DNA of 64,000 nt from contig OZ244197.1 in the NCBI GenBank assembly GCA_965216785.1, positions 224,001-288,000 on the forward strand. Direction: 5' to 3'. Each line of letters opens with the position of its first letter. The first letter of the stretch is position 1. Source of the stretch: Thermodesulfobacteriota bacterium (GTDB lineage: Bacteria; Desulfobacterota_D; UBA1144; Nemesobacterales; UBA2774). Shown piece after piece: positions 28,935 to 38,905 of the stretch. The notes under the pieces were generated by a model that made no database searches, had not been told where the DNA came from, and was given only the letters and a program-made list of their open reading frames with translations. A program made the translations under genes and the position numbers.

Positions 28935-30689
28935 TCATTCGTCGGCGGTCGTATTCCTGACCACCTCTTCTATAGATGTTATCCCGTGCTTAAGCTTCTC
29001 AAGCGCGCTCTGCCTGAGCGTTCTCATACCCTGACGTATTGCCTCTCGTTTTATCTCCAGCGCTGAAGCTCCGCTAAGGACAAATTCCTTAAGCTCTTCG
29101 GTCATGTCCATAACTTCATATATTGCAACCCTTCCTTTATAGCCCGTACCAGAGCAGGTCTTACACCCCTCTCCCTTACCCTTGTAAACTATGTAGTCCG
29201 ATACTTCTTTAGGTGCAACCCCAAGGTCTATCAATACCTGGGGAGCAACATCCGCCTCGTGGCGGCACTCGGGGCATACCACCCTGACAAGCCTCTGTGC
29301 CACAACAGAGTTTAGAGACGCCGTTACGAGAAACGGCTCGACACCCATGTTTAGGAGTCTTGTTATAGTTGACGGTGCATCATTGGTATGAAGCGTGGAT
29401 AGAACGAGGTGACCCGTAAGTGCGGATTTAATTGCAATCTCCGCTGTCTCATAGTCCCTGATCTCTCCGACGAGAATTATGTCGGGATCCTGTCTTAAGA
29501 ACGATCTTAGGCAAGACGCGAAGGAGAGTCCTATTTCTTCGTGTGTCTGTACCTGGTTAACCCCGGGCAGACTGTACTCCACGGGGTCTTCAGCCGTTGA
29601 TATATTGACATCGGCCCTGTTTAGCTCCATTAGACTTGAGTACAGAGATGTGGTCTTACCACTCCCCGTGGGTCCTGTGATCAGAACCATTCCGTAAGGC
29701 TGGTATATAGTTTCCCTAAAAACCTCTAATTGCTGGTCTTCAAATCCAAGCTTTGTCAGATCTAGCTGAAGCGAATCCTGGTCGAGTATTCTTAATACAA
29801 CCTTTTCTCCGAATATAGTGGGAACTACCGAAACACGGTATTCCATGGTTTTATTATTAGGAAGCTTTACCTTAATTCGCCCGTCCTGGGGTAGTCTCCG
29901 CTCCGCTATATCGAGGTTTGACATAACCTTGATTCTTGATGAAAGTGCGTTTTTTAGCTTGAGAGGTGGGCTCATAATATCATATAGCACACCGTCAATT
30001 CTATATCTGATGCGAAGGTCCTTCTCGTAGGGTTCTATGTGAATATCGCTTGCTTCTTTTCTGTAGGAATCAACCAGAACATGGTTTACGAGTTTTATTA
30101 CGGGGGCTTCTTCCGAAGCTTTTTCCAAGTCGTTTATATCGATATCTTCTTCACTGGAAATCTCGATCATAAAATCGTCCAGGTCCCCAAGCAGTCTATC
30201 TACGGCTTCGGTGGATTCGCGCTCCTGCACGGCATCTTCCCAGTCCTTTTGGGAGCCGTAGTACTTTTCAATAGAATTTTTTACTGATCGCTCGGATGTA
30301 ACTACTACGTCAATATAATTTCCGGTCGCGAATTTAAGATCGTCCACTGCGAATATGTTGGAAGGGTCGGACATTGCCACCGTGAGAGTAGAGCCGTTTT
30401 TACTTATCGGGATAAGTTTATGTTTTATTGCAGATTCCCTGGTTACGCATTTAAGCGCTTCTTCTGAGATATCCATCTTATCCAGATTAACAGTGGGCAC
30501 ACCGTATTGCTTGCTTAGATATGCAACAAGCTGAGGTTCGTCTATATAACCCAGGTTAAGCAGTGTCTCACCAAGTCTCTTCCCTGTCTCACGCTGTTCC
30601 TGTATCGCAGACTTTAGCTGATCAAGGTTTATTACGTCTTCCTTAATCAGTATGTCGCCCATTTGTGCACTTACTTTCTGCTCTTTCAT
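28935..30689 (-). CDS. pilB: Type IV pilus extension ATPase PilB with MshEN-type N-terminus
   Basis: 'DIAERRLPQDG', GPTGSGKT, 'LRQDPD', tetra-Cys zinc motif (CPEC...CKTC). Confidence 0.97.
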   Translation of the reverse strand: MKEQKVSAQMGDILIKEDVINLDQLKSAIQEQRETGKRLGETLLNLGYIDEPQLVAYLSKQYGVPTVNLDKMDISEEALKCVTRESAIKHKLIPISKNGSTLTVAMSDPSNIFAVDDLKFATGNYIDVVVTSERSVKNSIEKYYGSQKDWEDAVQERESTEAVDRLLGDLDDFMIEISSEEDIDINDLEKASEEAPVIKLVNHVLVDSYRKEASDIHIEPYEKDLRIRYRIDGVLYDIMSPPLKLKNALSSRIKVMSNLDIAERRLPQDGRIKVKLPNNKTMEYRVSVVPTIFGEKVVLRILDQDSLQLDLTKLGFEDQQLEVFRETIYQPYGMVLITGPTGSGKTTSLYSSLMELNRADVNISTAEDPVEYSLPGVNQVQTHEEIGLSFASCLRSFLRQDPDIILVGEIRDYETAEIAIKSALTGHLVLSTLHTNDAPSTITRLLNMGVEPFLVTASLNSVVAQRLVRVVCPECRHEADVAPQVLIDLGVAPKEVSDYIVYKGKGEGCKTCSGTGYKGRVAIYEVMDMTEELKEFVLSGASALEIKREAIRQGMRTLRQSALEKLKHGITSIEEVVRNTTADE

Positions 30690-31132
30690 ATTTTAGTCTC
30701 TGCCTTGTAACGTTATTATGTAAATTTCCTGTGTAAGTTTCTCTTTAGTGCCGGGAATAATGTCTAAATAGGGATTATAAACAGCAAAGCCCAGAACAAA
30801 TTAGTCATATTCCCCCTTAATTTAATGAGATTTTCACTTGAAAACCTCATTTATCAAGTATATTCCGAGTCTTACGCTACTATTATGAAGCAATATCTAT
30901 GCCATTGTAGATTATCTCCCCAGTTCTCTTATAACTCACTATTAAAAAAGAGAATTCTTATGAATTTGGACAAAGTAGGACAAGATTCCATGAACAGTTA
31001 TGACGAATATTGTAAAAAATAGGAGACTTAATTTGTCATAATTGGTAACATTTCCGATTATCCCCGCAATTAAAGAACAATTGAGCGCACCAACGGATAT
31101 AAAAAGCCGCAGCTTCAGGTAGAATATCGCGC

Positions 31133-32473
31133 ATGTCCGATAACGGTATAGTAAAAATCATAGGCGGGGGCTTGGCCGGATCAGAGGCCGCATATCAGGC
31201 TTCCAAGCTTGGAGTTAGAGTGGTGCTCTTTGAGATGAGGCCCGAAGTGCACTCACCTGCCCATAATTCAGGGGATCTTGCTGAGCTTGTATGCAGTAAC
31301 TCTCTAAAGTCCGATTCCCTTGACAACGCAAGCGGCATACTCAAAGAGGAAATGAGGCGCCTTGGCTCGCTCATTATAGAGGCGGCTGACAATACACGTG
31401 TTCCGGCGGGAAAGGCGCTTGCGGTAGACCGCCTTAAATTTTCTGACTATATAACTGAAAAAATAGAGAAAAACCCGCTCATCGAAGTGATAAAAAAAGA
31501 AATCGAATCTGTACAATCCATAAAGAGCGAGCTCGGCGGACCGTTAATAATCTCATCCGGACCACTGACATCACCCTCTCTTTCAGAAAGTATAAGAGAG
31601 CTCACAGATTCTGAGCATTTATATTTTTATGACGCCATATCACCTATCATTGACGCAGAATCGATAGACTACGACGTTGTTTTTAGAGCGTCTAGGTACG
31701 ACAACGGCCAGGACAGTGAGGGCGATTACCTAAATTGCCCTCTGAACAAAGAGCAGTATTACAGACTCACTCAGGAATTAGAGGGGGCGGAAAAGATTGA
31801 GACAAGGGATTTTGAGAAGGGGATTTACTTTGAGAGCTGTCTGCCTGTGGAAGTGATAGTTGAAAGAGGAAAGGACACTCTCCGTTTCGGCCCGGCAAGA
31901 CCTGTCGGAATAATTGACCCAAAGACTGGCCAATCACCTTTTGCCGTTGTGCAGCTTAGGGCTGAAAACTCAGGGTTTACAATGTACAACATGGTAGGAT
32001 TTCAGACTAAGCTCAAGTATCCTGAGCAGAGAAGAGTGTTTCGCATGATCCCCGGTCTTGAGCACGCCGAGTTCCTTCGCTACGGGAGTGTCCACCGAAA
32101 TACCTACATACACTCACCCTCGCTTCTTCGTCCCACTCTGCAGATGAAAAATGACGATTCTATATACTTTGCCGGGCAGATAGTAGGTGTGGAGGGTTAT
32201 ACTGAATCGACTGCCATGGGATTGATTGCGGGAATTAACGCCGCGCGTTCAGTGCTCGGGCTGGACTCTATAACCATACCTCCTGAGAGCTCTATAGGCT
32301 CACTCCTTACGTACATAACAGATGAGAGCGTAAAACAATTCCAACCTATGAATATCAATTTTGGCTTATTCCCGCCGATAGGTAAAAGAGTGCCTAAAAA
32401 TATAAAGAAAAAGCTCATCGCAGAGCGCGCGCTGTCTCAAATTGCAGCTATACGGGTGCCTGGCAACGATTGA
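31133..32473 (+). CDS. trmFO: Folate-dependent tRNA (uracil-5)-methyltransferase TrmFO
   Basis: 'IGGGLAGSEAA', 'AELVCSNS', 'YFYDAISP', 'VGFQTKLK', 'FQPMNINFGL'. Confidence 0.96.
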   Translation: MSDNGIVKIIGGGLAGSEAAYQASKLGVRVVLFEMRPEVHSPAHNSGDLAELVCSNSLKSDSLDNASGILKEEMRRLGSLIIEAADNTRVPAGKALAVDRLKFSDYITEKIEKNPLIEVIKKEIESVQSIKSELGGPLIISSGPLTSPSLSESIRELTDSEHLYFYDAISPIIDAESIDYDVVFRASRYDNGQDSEGDYLNCPLNKEQYYRLTQELEGAEKIETRDFEKGIYFESCLPVEVIVERGKDTLRFGPARPVGIIDPKTGQSPFAVVQLRAENSGFTMYNMVGFQTKLKYPEQRRVFRMIPGLEHAEFLRYGSVHRNTYIHSPSLLRPTLQMKNDDSIYFAGQIVGVEGYTESTAMGLIAGINAARSVLGLDSITIPPESSIGSLLTYITDESVKQFQPMNINFGLFPPIGKRVPKNIKKKLIAERALSQIAAIRVPGND

Positions 32474-32640
32474 CCTAGATTTATTACCGGGTGCTAATTA
32501 AGGGCAATAACGAGATATGAGCATTTATAACTTTTTACCAGCCCACAGTTCATGTAAGAGTTGAAAGAACGTTCAAGAAATAACTGACTTAACATTAAAA
32601 ACACTTGACAACCGTCTGAAATTGATCTAATTTTTAACTA

Positions 32641-32985
32641 ATGTTCCAGAATAGAGCTGAGATTCAATTACCGGATAAAATTTATTTCCGGATCGGTGAA
32701 GTTAGCGATTTCACAGGCATAAAACCCTATGTACTTAGGTACTGGGAAAGTGAATTCGAGGAAATTAATCCGATCAGGAGAAAATCGCAGCGCCTTTATG
32801 ACCGTGAGGCTATTCATACGATAGCAAAGATAAAAAACATGCTTTATGAGCAGAATTTCACGATCGCGGGCGCAAAGAAAAAGCTTAAAGAAGAAGCTAA
32901 CCAAAAACGGGTCAGTACCAAAGTAAACGTTTTATTGCACGAAATCCTGGGCGAGCTTAAATCTATAAAGCAGAATCTGGGTTAA
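32641..32985 (+). CDS. MerR-family HTH protein (type usually found downstream of ihfA)
   Basis: 'PDKIYFRIGEVS...YVLRYWESEF...FTIAGAKKKL'. Confidence 0.9.
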   Translation: MFQNRAEIQLPDKIYFRIGEVSDFTGIKPYVLRYWESEFEEINPIRRKSQRLYDREAIHTIAKIKNMLYEQNFTIAGAKKKLKEEANQKRVSTKVNVLLHEILGELKSIKQNLG

Positions 32986-33029
32986 ATCTTTTATCCGCAC
33001 TTTCCACAATATATATTTTTTGTACTAGA

Positions 33030-33106
33030 CGGGGTGTAGCGCAGACTGGTAGCGCATCGGCTCGGGGAGCCGGGGGTCGCCGGTTCGAGTCCGGCCACCC
33101 CGACCA
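33030..33106 (+). tRNA. tRNA-Pro(GGG), CCA encoded
   Basis: CGGGGTGTAGCGCAGACTGGTAGCGCA-TCGGC-TC-GGG-GA-GCCGG-GGGTCGCCGGTTCGAGTCCGGCCACCCCGACCA. Confidence 0.95.
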
Positions 33107-33223
33107 TGAAAGTCGTTGAGGATAAGCTATGGAGCTTTTGCGTTTACCCTCTTGCCGTTAAGCCCTATTAGTGTATTGTGTATTGCTTTGTAAAATATAT
33201 TCCTCCGAGCAGGCGCAAACGAA

Positions 33224-33985
33224 ATGCACCCGAGAATATTGATATCAAATGACGACGGTATTAATTCCAAGGGACTTCACAGGCTTCACGAAGCTCTAAG
33301 TGAGCTTGGCGATGTGTTTGTCGTTGCTCCTGACCGTGATCAAAGCGCTGTTAGCCACTCTTTAAGCCTTTACAGACCCCTTCGTCTCGAGCAGGCGACA
33401 GAGCGGGTGTACACAGTGGACGGAACCCCGACCGATTGTATTAACCTTGCGATAAACGGGATAATGAACGACCACAGGCCCGACCTTGTGGTTTCGGGTA
33501 TAAACAAGGGCGAAAACCTGGGGGATGACATCACATACTCCGGAACGGTGAGCGCAGCGATGGAAGGAACACTACTGGGAGTGCCTTCGATCGCAATCTC
33601 ACTTGCGGGAAAAAATGACTATAATTTTGACGCCGCCTGTTACTACTCACTTAAAATATCAAAATACGTTCTTGAGAATAAACTCCCTAAAGACACCCTT
33701 CTGAACGTAAACGTACCGGGCATCGATAAAGAAGAGATAAAAGGTGTAATGGTTACGAGACAGGGTAAGCGCTTATATGAAGAGCCGGTTGTAGAGAAAA
33801 CAGACCCAAGAGGTAGAAAGTACTACTGGATTGGAGGGGATGCGCTTGATTTTATACATATAGAGAATTCAGATATTGTCGCTGTCAACGAGGGTTACGT
33901 ATCGGTTACTCCTATAACGCTCGATCTTACTGATTTTAATTTTATGGACAATCTCAGAAAAGGCCTCGTAGGTGAAAAAGCATGA
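33224..33985 (+). CDS. surE: 5'/3'-nucleotidase SurE
   Basis: 'ILISNDDG', 'GTPTDC', 'SGIN.G.NLG...YSGTVSAAMEG'. Confidence 0.97.
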   Translation: MHPRILISNDDGINSKGLHRLHEALSELGDVFVVAPDRDQSAVSHSLSLYRPLRLEQATERVYTVDGTPTDCINLAINGIMNDHRPDLVVSGINKGENLGDDITYSGTVSAAMEGTLLGVPSIAISLAGKNDYNFDAACYYSLKISKYVLENKLPKDTLLNVNVPGIDKEEIKGVMVTRQGKRLYEEPVVEKTDPRGRKYYWIGGDALDFIHIENSDIVAVNEGYVSVTPITLDLTDFNFMDNLRKGLVGEKA

Positions 33986-34566
33986 TCAGAAGACTCTATG
34001 ACTGGGTTCTCAGCTGGGCGGATACCAGGTTTGGCGTGCCGGCGCTTGCGGCGGTTTCGTTTATCGAATCCTCATTCTTTCCTGTACCGCCCGACCCCTT
34101 GCTCATGGCGCTCTGTCTGGGTAAACCCAAAAAGTCGTTTTGGTTCGCTTTTGTATGTTCTGTCAGCTCAGTGCTTGGCGGTATTCTGGGCTATTTTATA
34201 GGCCTCGCGTTGTGGGAGCTTTTGAGCGGATTTTTCTTTACATACTTATTTACTCCAGAAGCGTTTACGTATGTAGGCGACAGGTATGAGGAAAACGCGT
34301 TTATAGCTATATTAGGAGCGGCCCTTACCCCTATACCCTATAAAGTATTCACAATAGGCGCAGGGGTATTTAAAATCAGCCTGCTGACTTTGATTGCGGC
34401 TTCCGTCATCGGACGCTCTGCGAGATTCTTCATTGAAGCGGGGCTTATATTCTTTTTGGGCAATAGAATAAAATCATTTATAGACAGATACTTTAATATA
34501 CTTGTAACACTATTTTTCATACTCTTGGTACTCGGATTTATACTCGTCAAGTTCTACATGAAATAA
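33982..34566 (+). CDS. YqaA/DedA-like (VTT domain) membrane protein
   Basis: 'ESSFFPVPPD', 'TPIPYKVFTI', 'GRSARFF'. Confidence 0.9.
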   Translation: MIRRLYDWVLSWADTRFGVPALAAVSFIESSFFPVPPDPLLMALCLGKPKKSFWFAFVCSVSSVLGGILGYFIGLALWELLSGFFFTYLFTPEAFTYVGDRYEENAFIAILGAALTPIPYKVFTIGAGVFKISLLTLIAASVIGRSARFFIEAGLIFFLGNRIKSFIDRYFNILVTLFFILLVLGFILVKFYMK

Positions 34567-34666
34567 TTGGACTTTATAAAACTATCCACCCCGATTCGAG
34601 GGATTAATGCGCAAGTGATTAGAATCATATATTTTATGTGTTATTATATTTACAGGGGGTGATTAT

Positions 34667-35875
34667 ATGGGTGATTTTTACCAGTCAACAAAAATTTCAA
34701 CTCTACACAGGTTAAACAGGGACAATCTTTCTCAGCTCGAAGAGGAGTTAAACGATTACTCCAAGAACCGTCCTATTGCCCTTGTGCTCCCTTGTCTTTA
34801 CTCTGAGCTCGAGCGGCAGGCGCTCAGAGACATACTGGAGAAATTAAAAGACGTTACATACCTAAACGAAATCATAATAACGCTTGGAAGAGCCGACAAG
34901 GAAAAATTTAAGTACGCACAGGAATATTTCTCCATACTTCCGCAGAACTATAAACTCATATGGGACGACGGCGAGAATATCACATCGCTTTTTAATCTCC
35001 TTAAGGAAAACGGGCTTTACGTAGGGGATCCCGGGAAAGGCAGAGCCGCCTGGATTGCGTATGGATACGTGCTTGCCAGGGATGAGAGTGAAGTTATCGC
35101 GCTTCATGATTGTGACGTTTTGACGTATAGCCGGGAGCTCCTGGCCAGACTCTGTTACCCGCTTGTAAACCCCAATATGGATTATGAGTTTTGTAAAGGA
35201 TACTACCCGCGCGTCACCGACAGGTTATACGGCCGCGTAACAAGGCTGTTTATTTACCCTATCATAAGCGCGCTCATTAAAATGGTCGGCCACCTGCCCT
35301 TCTTGGACTATCTAAGCAGCTTTAGGTACCCCCTGGCAGGAGAGTTTTCAATGAAATCCGACCTGGCCAGAATCAACCGGATCCCCTCTGACTGGGGACT
35401 CGAGGTAGGCTCTCTGGCCGAGGTTTACAGAAACGTCTCTCTTAAGAGGGTATGTCAGGTGGACCTTGCAGATAACTACGATCATAAACACCAGGACATA
35501 TCGGCCCACGACCCCACCGGAGGGCTCCTTAAAATGTGCGCCGATATATCCAAATCGCTCTTTAGAACCATCTCTTCAGACGGCGTAAGGTTTCCGGAAA
35601 GCTTTTTCAGCACTTTAATCGGCACCTATCTGAGGATCGCTCAGAACACTATTAAAATGTATGATGACGACGCTGCCATTAATGGTCTGTTTTTTGACAG
35701 ACACGCCGAAGGACTTGCGGTTGAGACATTCGTGGAGGGTATAAAAATCGCGAGCGTAAGCTTCCTTGAAGATCCGTTGGGCTCACAGTTAATCCCAAAT
35801 TGGAGCAGGGTAACATCCGCAATACCTGACATTTTAGAGCAGCTCAAAGAAGCTGTTGATGAGGATAATGCCTGA
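34667..35875 (+). CDS. gpgS: Glucosyl-3-phosphoglycerate synthase (long GpgS type)
   Basis: 'MGDFYQ...TLH', 'GKGR..W', 'HDCD', 'FCKGYY.R', 'YPLAGE', 'WGLEVG', 'YDHKHQ'; followed by a HAD-IIB phosphatase. Confidence 0.8.
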   Translation: MGDFYQSTKISTLHRLNRDNLSQLEEELNDYSKNRPIALVLPCLYSELERQALRDILEKLKDVTYLNEIIITLGRADKEKFKYAQEYFSILPQNYKLIWDDGENITSLFNLLKENGLYVGDPGKGRAAWIAYGYVLARDESEVIALHDCDVLTYSRELLARLCYPLVNPNMDYEFCKGYYPRVTDRLYGRVTRLFIYPIISALIKMVGHLPFLDYLSSFRYPLAGEFSMKSDLARINRIPSDWGLEVGSLAEVYRNVSLKRVCQVDLADNYDHKHQDISAHDPTGGLLKMCADISKSLFRTISSDGVRFPESFFSTLIGTYLRIAQNTIKMYDDDAAINGLFFDRHAEGLAVETFVEGIKIASVSFLEDPLGSQLIPNWSRVTSAIPDILEQLKEAVDEDNA

Positions 35876-36683
35876 GAATTATCTTGTCTATACAGATCTA
35901 GACGGGACACTACTCGACCACGATACCTATTCATTCCAGCCGGCCCGTGAGGCGATCGGGCTCATTCAGGAAAAAAACATACCGCTTATTGTATGCACCA
36001 GCAAAACCAGAGCTGAAATAGAGTTTGTCAGAAAACTGCTTAGCAACAAAGAGCCTTTCATTTCTGAAAACGGCGGAGGGATATTTATTCCTGAAGGGTA
36101 TTTTAAGACCGAATTTAAGTATGACAGAGATATAAAAGGCTATAAAGTAATAGAGTTCGGAACCCCAGCAGGCCTACTCCGTAAGGCGCTTTCCGAAATA
36201 TCCCGGGAAACCGGGATCGAGCTCAAGGGGTTTTCAGACATGAGCGTGAGCGAGCTGTCCGGGCTCACAGGCCTTGACGAGCATACGGCCGGGCTATCTC
36301 AGGTACGTGACTACAGCGAGCCTTTTCTTATTTGTGGAAATGATAAAGACACGGAAACTCTTATAGAGAAAATTAATCTAATAGGATATAGGCACACCAG
36401 AGGGGGCAGGTTCCATCATATACTAGGTGAGAACGACAAGGGCAAGGCTGTAAGGACACTAACAGATATATACGTAAAAGAGCTTGGGGACGTAACTACA
36501 GTAGGGCTCGGAGACAGTTTGAACGATCTGCCGATGCTTAAAGAAGTGGATATCCCGGTACTGGTACAAAAACCCTCTGGCGGATATGAAAAGGACATCA
36601 GTATTAAGAATCTAGTTTACGCACAGGCTCCCGGCCCTTACGGCTGGAACGCGGAAATATTAAAGATATTGATGAACTCCTAG
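35868..36683 (+). CDS. gpgP: Glucosyl/mannosyl-3-phosphoglycerate phosphatase (HAD-IIB)
   Basis: 'TDLDGTLLD', 'TSKTRAE', 'ENGG', 'R.YSEP', 'GGRF.H', 'LGDSLND'. Confidence 0.82.
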   Translation: MPENYLVYTDLDGTLLDHDTYSFQPAREAIGLIQEKNIPLIVCTSKTRAEIEFVRKLLSNKEPFISENGGGIFIPEGYFKTEFKYDRDIKGYKVIEFGTPAGLLRKALSEISRETGIELKGFSDMSVSELSGLTGLDEHTAGLSQVRDYSEPFLICGNDKDTETLIEKINLIGYRHTRGGRFHHILGENDKGKAVRTLTDIYVKELGDVTTVGLGDSLNDLPMLKEVDIPVLVQKPSGGYEKDISIKNLVYAQAPGPYGWNAEILKILMNS

Positions 36684-36739
36684 TCCAAAGCTGCTAATAT
36701 TAATAGAATCTGAACACTAAAGTGGTATCATTATAAGAT

Positions 36740-37705
36740 ATGGCAAGGTTTCCGATACGATCTAATAGAAGGAAAAGAAGAAGTAAGATCCTTCCCTTTA
36801 TACTGGGTTCGATATTATTCCACCTTCTGCTTCTGGCCATTTTCATCCTAACCAATATCGAGCTTATTGACCAGCACGCCAAAGAGGAGAAGGAAGAGCC
36901 TGAGTATATTGAAATCACCGAGCTTCCCGTACCTAAAGAGAAAGAGACAAAGCCGCCTGAAAAACCAAAGCGCCTAGCTGAGAGGTCGCACATAGCCCCG
37001 GAGGAAAAAACCAGGGACGATTTTACCAAGCAAACCCCTGCAGTCCCTCCGCAGCCACCTGTTCAGGCCCAGCCGAAGCCAAAACCCCAAGAACCTAAAA
37101 AAGCTGAAAAGAAAGAAGAAACTAAAGTCGCGAAGAAACCAAAAGAGGCAGAAAAGAAAGAACCCTCGGCCAGAGAAACACTCCTTAGGGACGATAAGCT
37201 CGCTTCACTTCCGAGAGAAGAGCTGAAAAAAGAATCTAAGAAATCAAAACCCGCAAAAGACCCTTCCGAGATCACAAGGGAAGACCTTTTCAGAGAAAGC
37301 CCAAGCTCGGCGCCTCAGAGACAAAGAAACCCGCAGGACTTTCTGGGAGCAAGAGACGTAGAGAAAAAAGAAGACACGGTTGATCTGAGCACGACAGAGT
37401 TTAAATATTTGTCTTACTTCCTGAAACTAAAGAGCAAGGTTGAGTCCGTATGGACATACCCCAAGGAATCGCGCTACAGGGGTGAGCAGGGAACCCTGTT
37501 CTTAGTCTTTACCTTGGCAAGTAACGGTGAGCTGATCGATATACAGCTAATAACATCCTCAGGACACGCAAGGCTCGATAACGAAGCATTCCGGGCGCTC
37601 AAAGCGGGCTCAAGGTATGCCCCGTTCCCAAAGAGCTGGGGCGGGCTTGAAAGGCTTAATATCAGGGCTTCATTTACATACGGTTACGGCGGGTTTATCA
37701 GATAA
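36740..37705 (+). CDS. tonB: TonB-family energy transducer
   Basis: N-terminal TM with S-x3-H, Pro/Lys/Glu-rich linker, C-terminal 'WTYP...G...SSG..RLD..A'. Confidence 0.8.
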   Translation: MARFPIRSNRRKRRSKILPFILGSILFHLLLLAIFILTNIELIDQHAKEEKEEPEYIEITELPVPKEKETKPPEKPKRLAERSHIAPEEKTRDDFTKQTPAVPPQPPVQAQPKPKPQEPKKAEKKEETKVAKKPKEAEKKEPSARETLLRDDKLASLPREELKKESKKSKPAKDPSEITREDLFRESPSSAPQRQRNPQDFLGARDVEKKEDTVDLSTTEFKYLSYFLKLKSKVESVWTYPKESRYRGEQGTLFLVFTLASNGELIDIQLITSSGHARLDNEAFRALKAGSRYAPFPKSWGGLERLNIRASFTYGYGGFIR

Positions 37706-37709
37706 CGCC

Positions 37710-38753
37710 TCACAGTACTGTGAGGGTGCTTTCAAGCTTTTTATCATCTACAATGTGACCAATGATGTAAGCTTTTTCCCTCATACGGCGTATTCTCTTG
37801 ATTACATCCTCCGAATCCTTTTTACTCACTACCAGTACGAACCCTATGCCGCAGTTAAAAGTCCTTAGCATCTCGTCCCTGTCTACAGAGCCTCTTTTCT
37901 GAATGAGCTCGAAGATGGGGAGATAAGGCCAGGTTGAAGAGTCCAAAACGGCACCGCACCCCTCGGGCAGTACCCTGGGTATATTTTCCAGAAGCCCGCC
38001 TCCTGTGATGTGAGCCATTGCCTTAATCTTGAATTCTTCTTTTAGCTTCTTAACGGTCTTAACGTATATCTTTGTCGGTTCTAAAAGCTCTTCTCCCAGC
38101 GTACGTTTAAGGGCAGGGTGCTTTTTTTTGAGTGCATTATTATTCTTTTTGATGAGAACGTGTCTTGCGAGCGAAAATCCGTTTGAATGAAGCCCGCTTG
38201 AGGAAATACCTATCACTGCGTCTCCGGGTCCGACTTTACTCCCGTCAATTACTTTTCCTTTATCGACTATTCCGACAACGAAACCGGCAAGATCAAAATC
38301 TCCGCGCTTGTAAAACCCGGGCATCTCCGCGGTCTCGCCTCCTAGAAGCGCGCACTCAGCCATTTTACAGCCCCTCGCTATGCCCTTTATTACCTGGGCC
38401 GCCTCTTCAGGGTCGAGCTTAGAAGTCGCAAGGTAATCAAGGAAGAAAAGAGGCTCTGCGCCGCATGTGATTATGTCATTTACATTCATCGCCACAAGGT
38501 CAATGCCGACCGTATCGAGCCTTTTCATATCTATTGCGATCTTAAGCTTTGTGCCGACACCGTCCGCGGCCGAAACCAGAACAGGGTTTTTGTACTTCCC
38601 TTTGGGAATCGAGTATGCGCCCGAAAAACCACCGAGTTTACCCATTACGTTCTCATCTGCTGTGGCTCTCGCAAGCGGTTTTATTAGATCTACAAGACGG
38701 TTCCCGGCGTCTATGTCCACACCGGAGCTTTTATAAGAGGATTTCTTTGCCAT
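37710..38753 (-). CDS. purM: Phosphoribosylformylglycinamidine cyclo-ligase
   Basis: 'Y..SGVDIDAG', 'DGVGTKL', 'GGETAEMPG', 'HSNGFSL', 'TFNCGIG'; start moved to ATG 38753. Confidence 0.97.
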   Translation of the reverse strand: MAKKSSYKSSGVDIDAGNRLVDLIKPLARATADENVMGKLGGFSGAYSIPKGKYKNPVLVSAADGVGTKLKIAIDMKRLDTVGIDLVAMNVNDIITCGAEPLFFLDYLATSKLDPEEAAQVIKGIARGCKMAECALLGGETAEMPGFYKRGDFDLAGFVVGIVDKGKVIDGSKVGPGDAVIGISSSGLHSNGFSLARHVLIKKNNNALKKKHPALKRTLGEELLEPTKIYVKTVKKLKEEFKIKAMAHITGGGLLENIPRVLPEGCGAVLDSSTWPYLPIFELIQKRGSVDRDEMLRTFNCGIGFVLVVSKKDSEDVIKRIRRMREKAYIIGHIVDDKKLESTLTVL

Positions 38754-38905
38754 TACGGTGTGGAAACATACCTGAAAGAGAGTGGTTGATAAAATATATA
38801 ATATTCCGGCCTGCAAAAATTTGAGTTTATTTGAATATCGAATTCCCAAAAAATCTGAGTATGGTATTATTCTCCCTCAACTTTAAGGAGTTCTAAAACA
38901 GTAAA

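Noticed and set aside
30825-31022. 65-aa ORF between pilB and trmFO
   Set aside because: AT-rich divergent promoter region with no SD and no recognisable motif.
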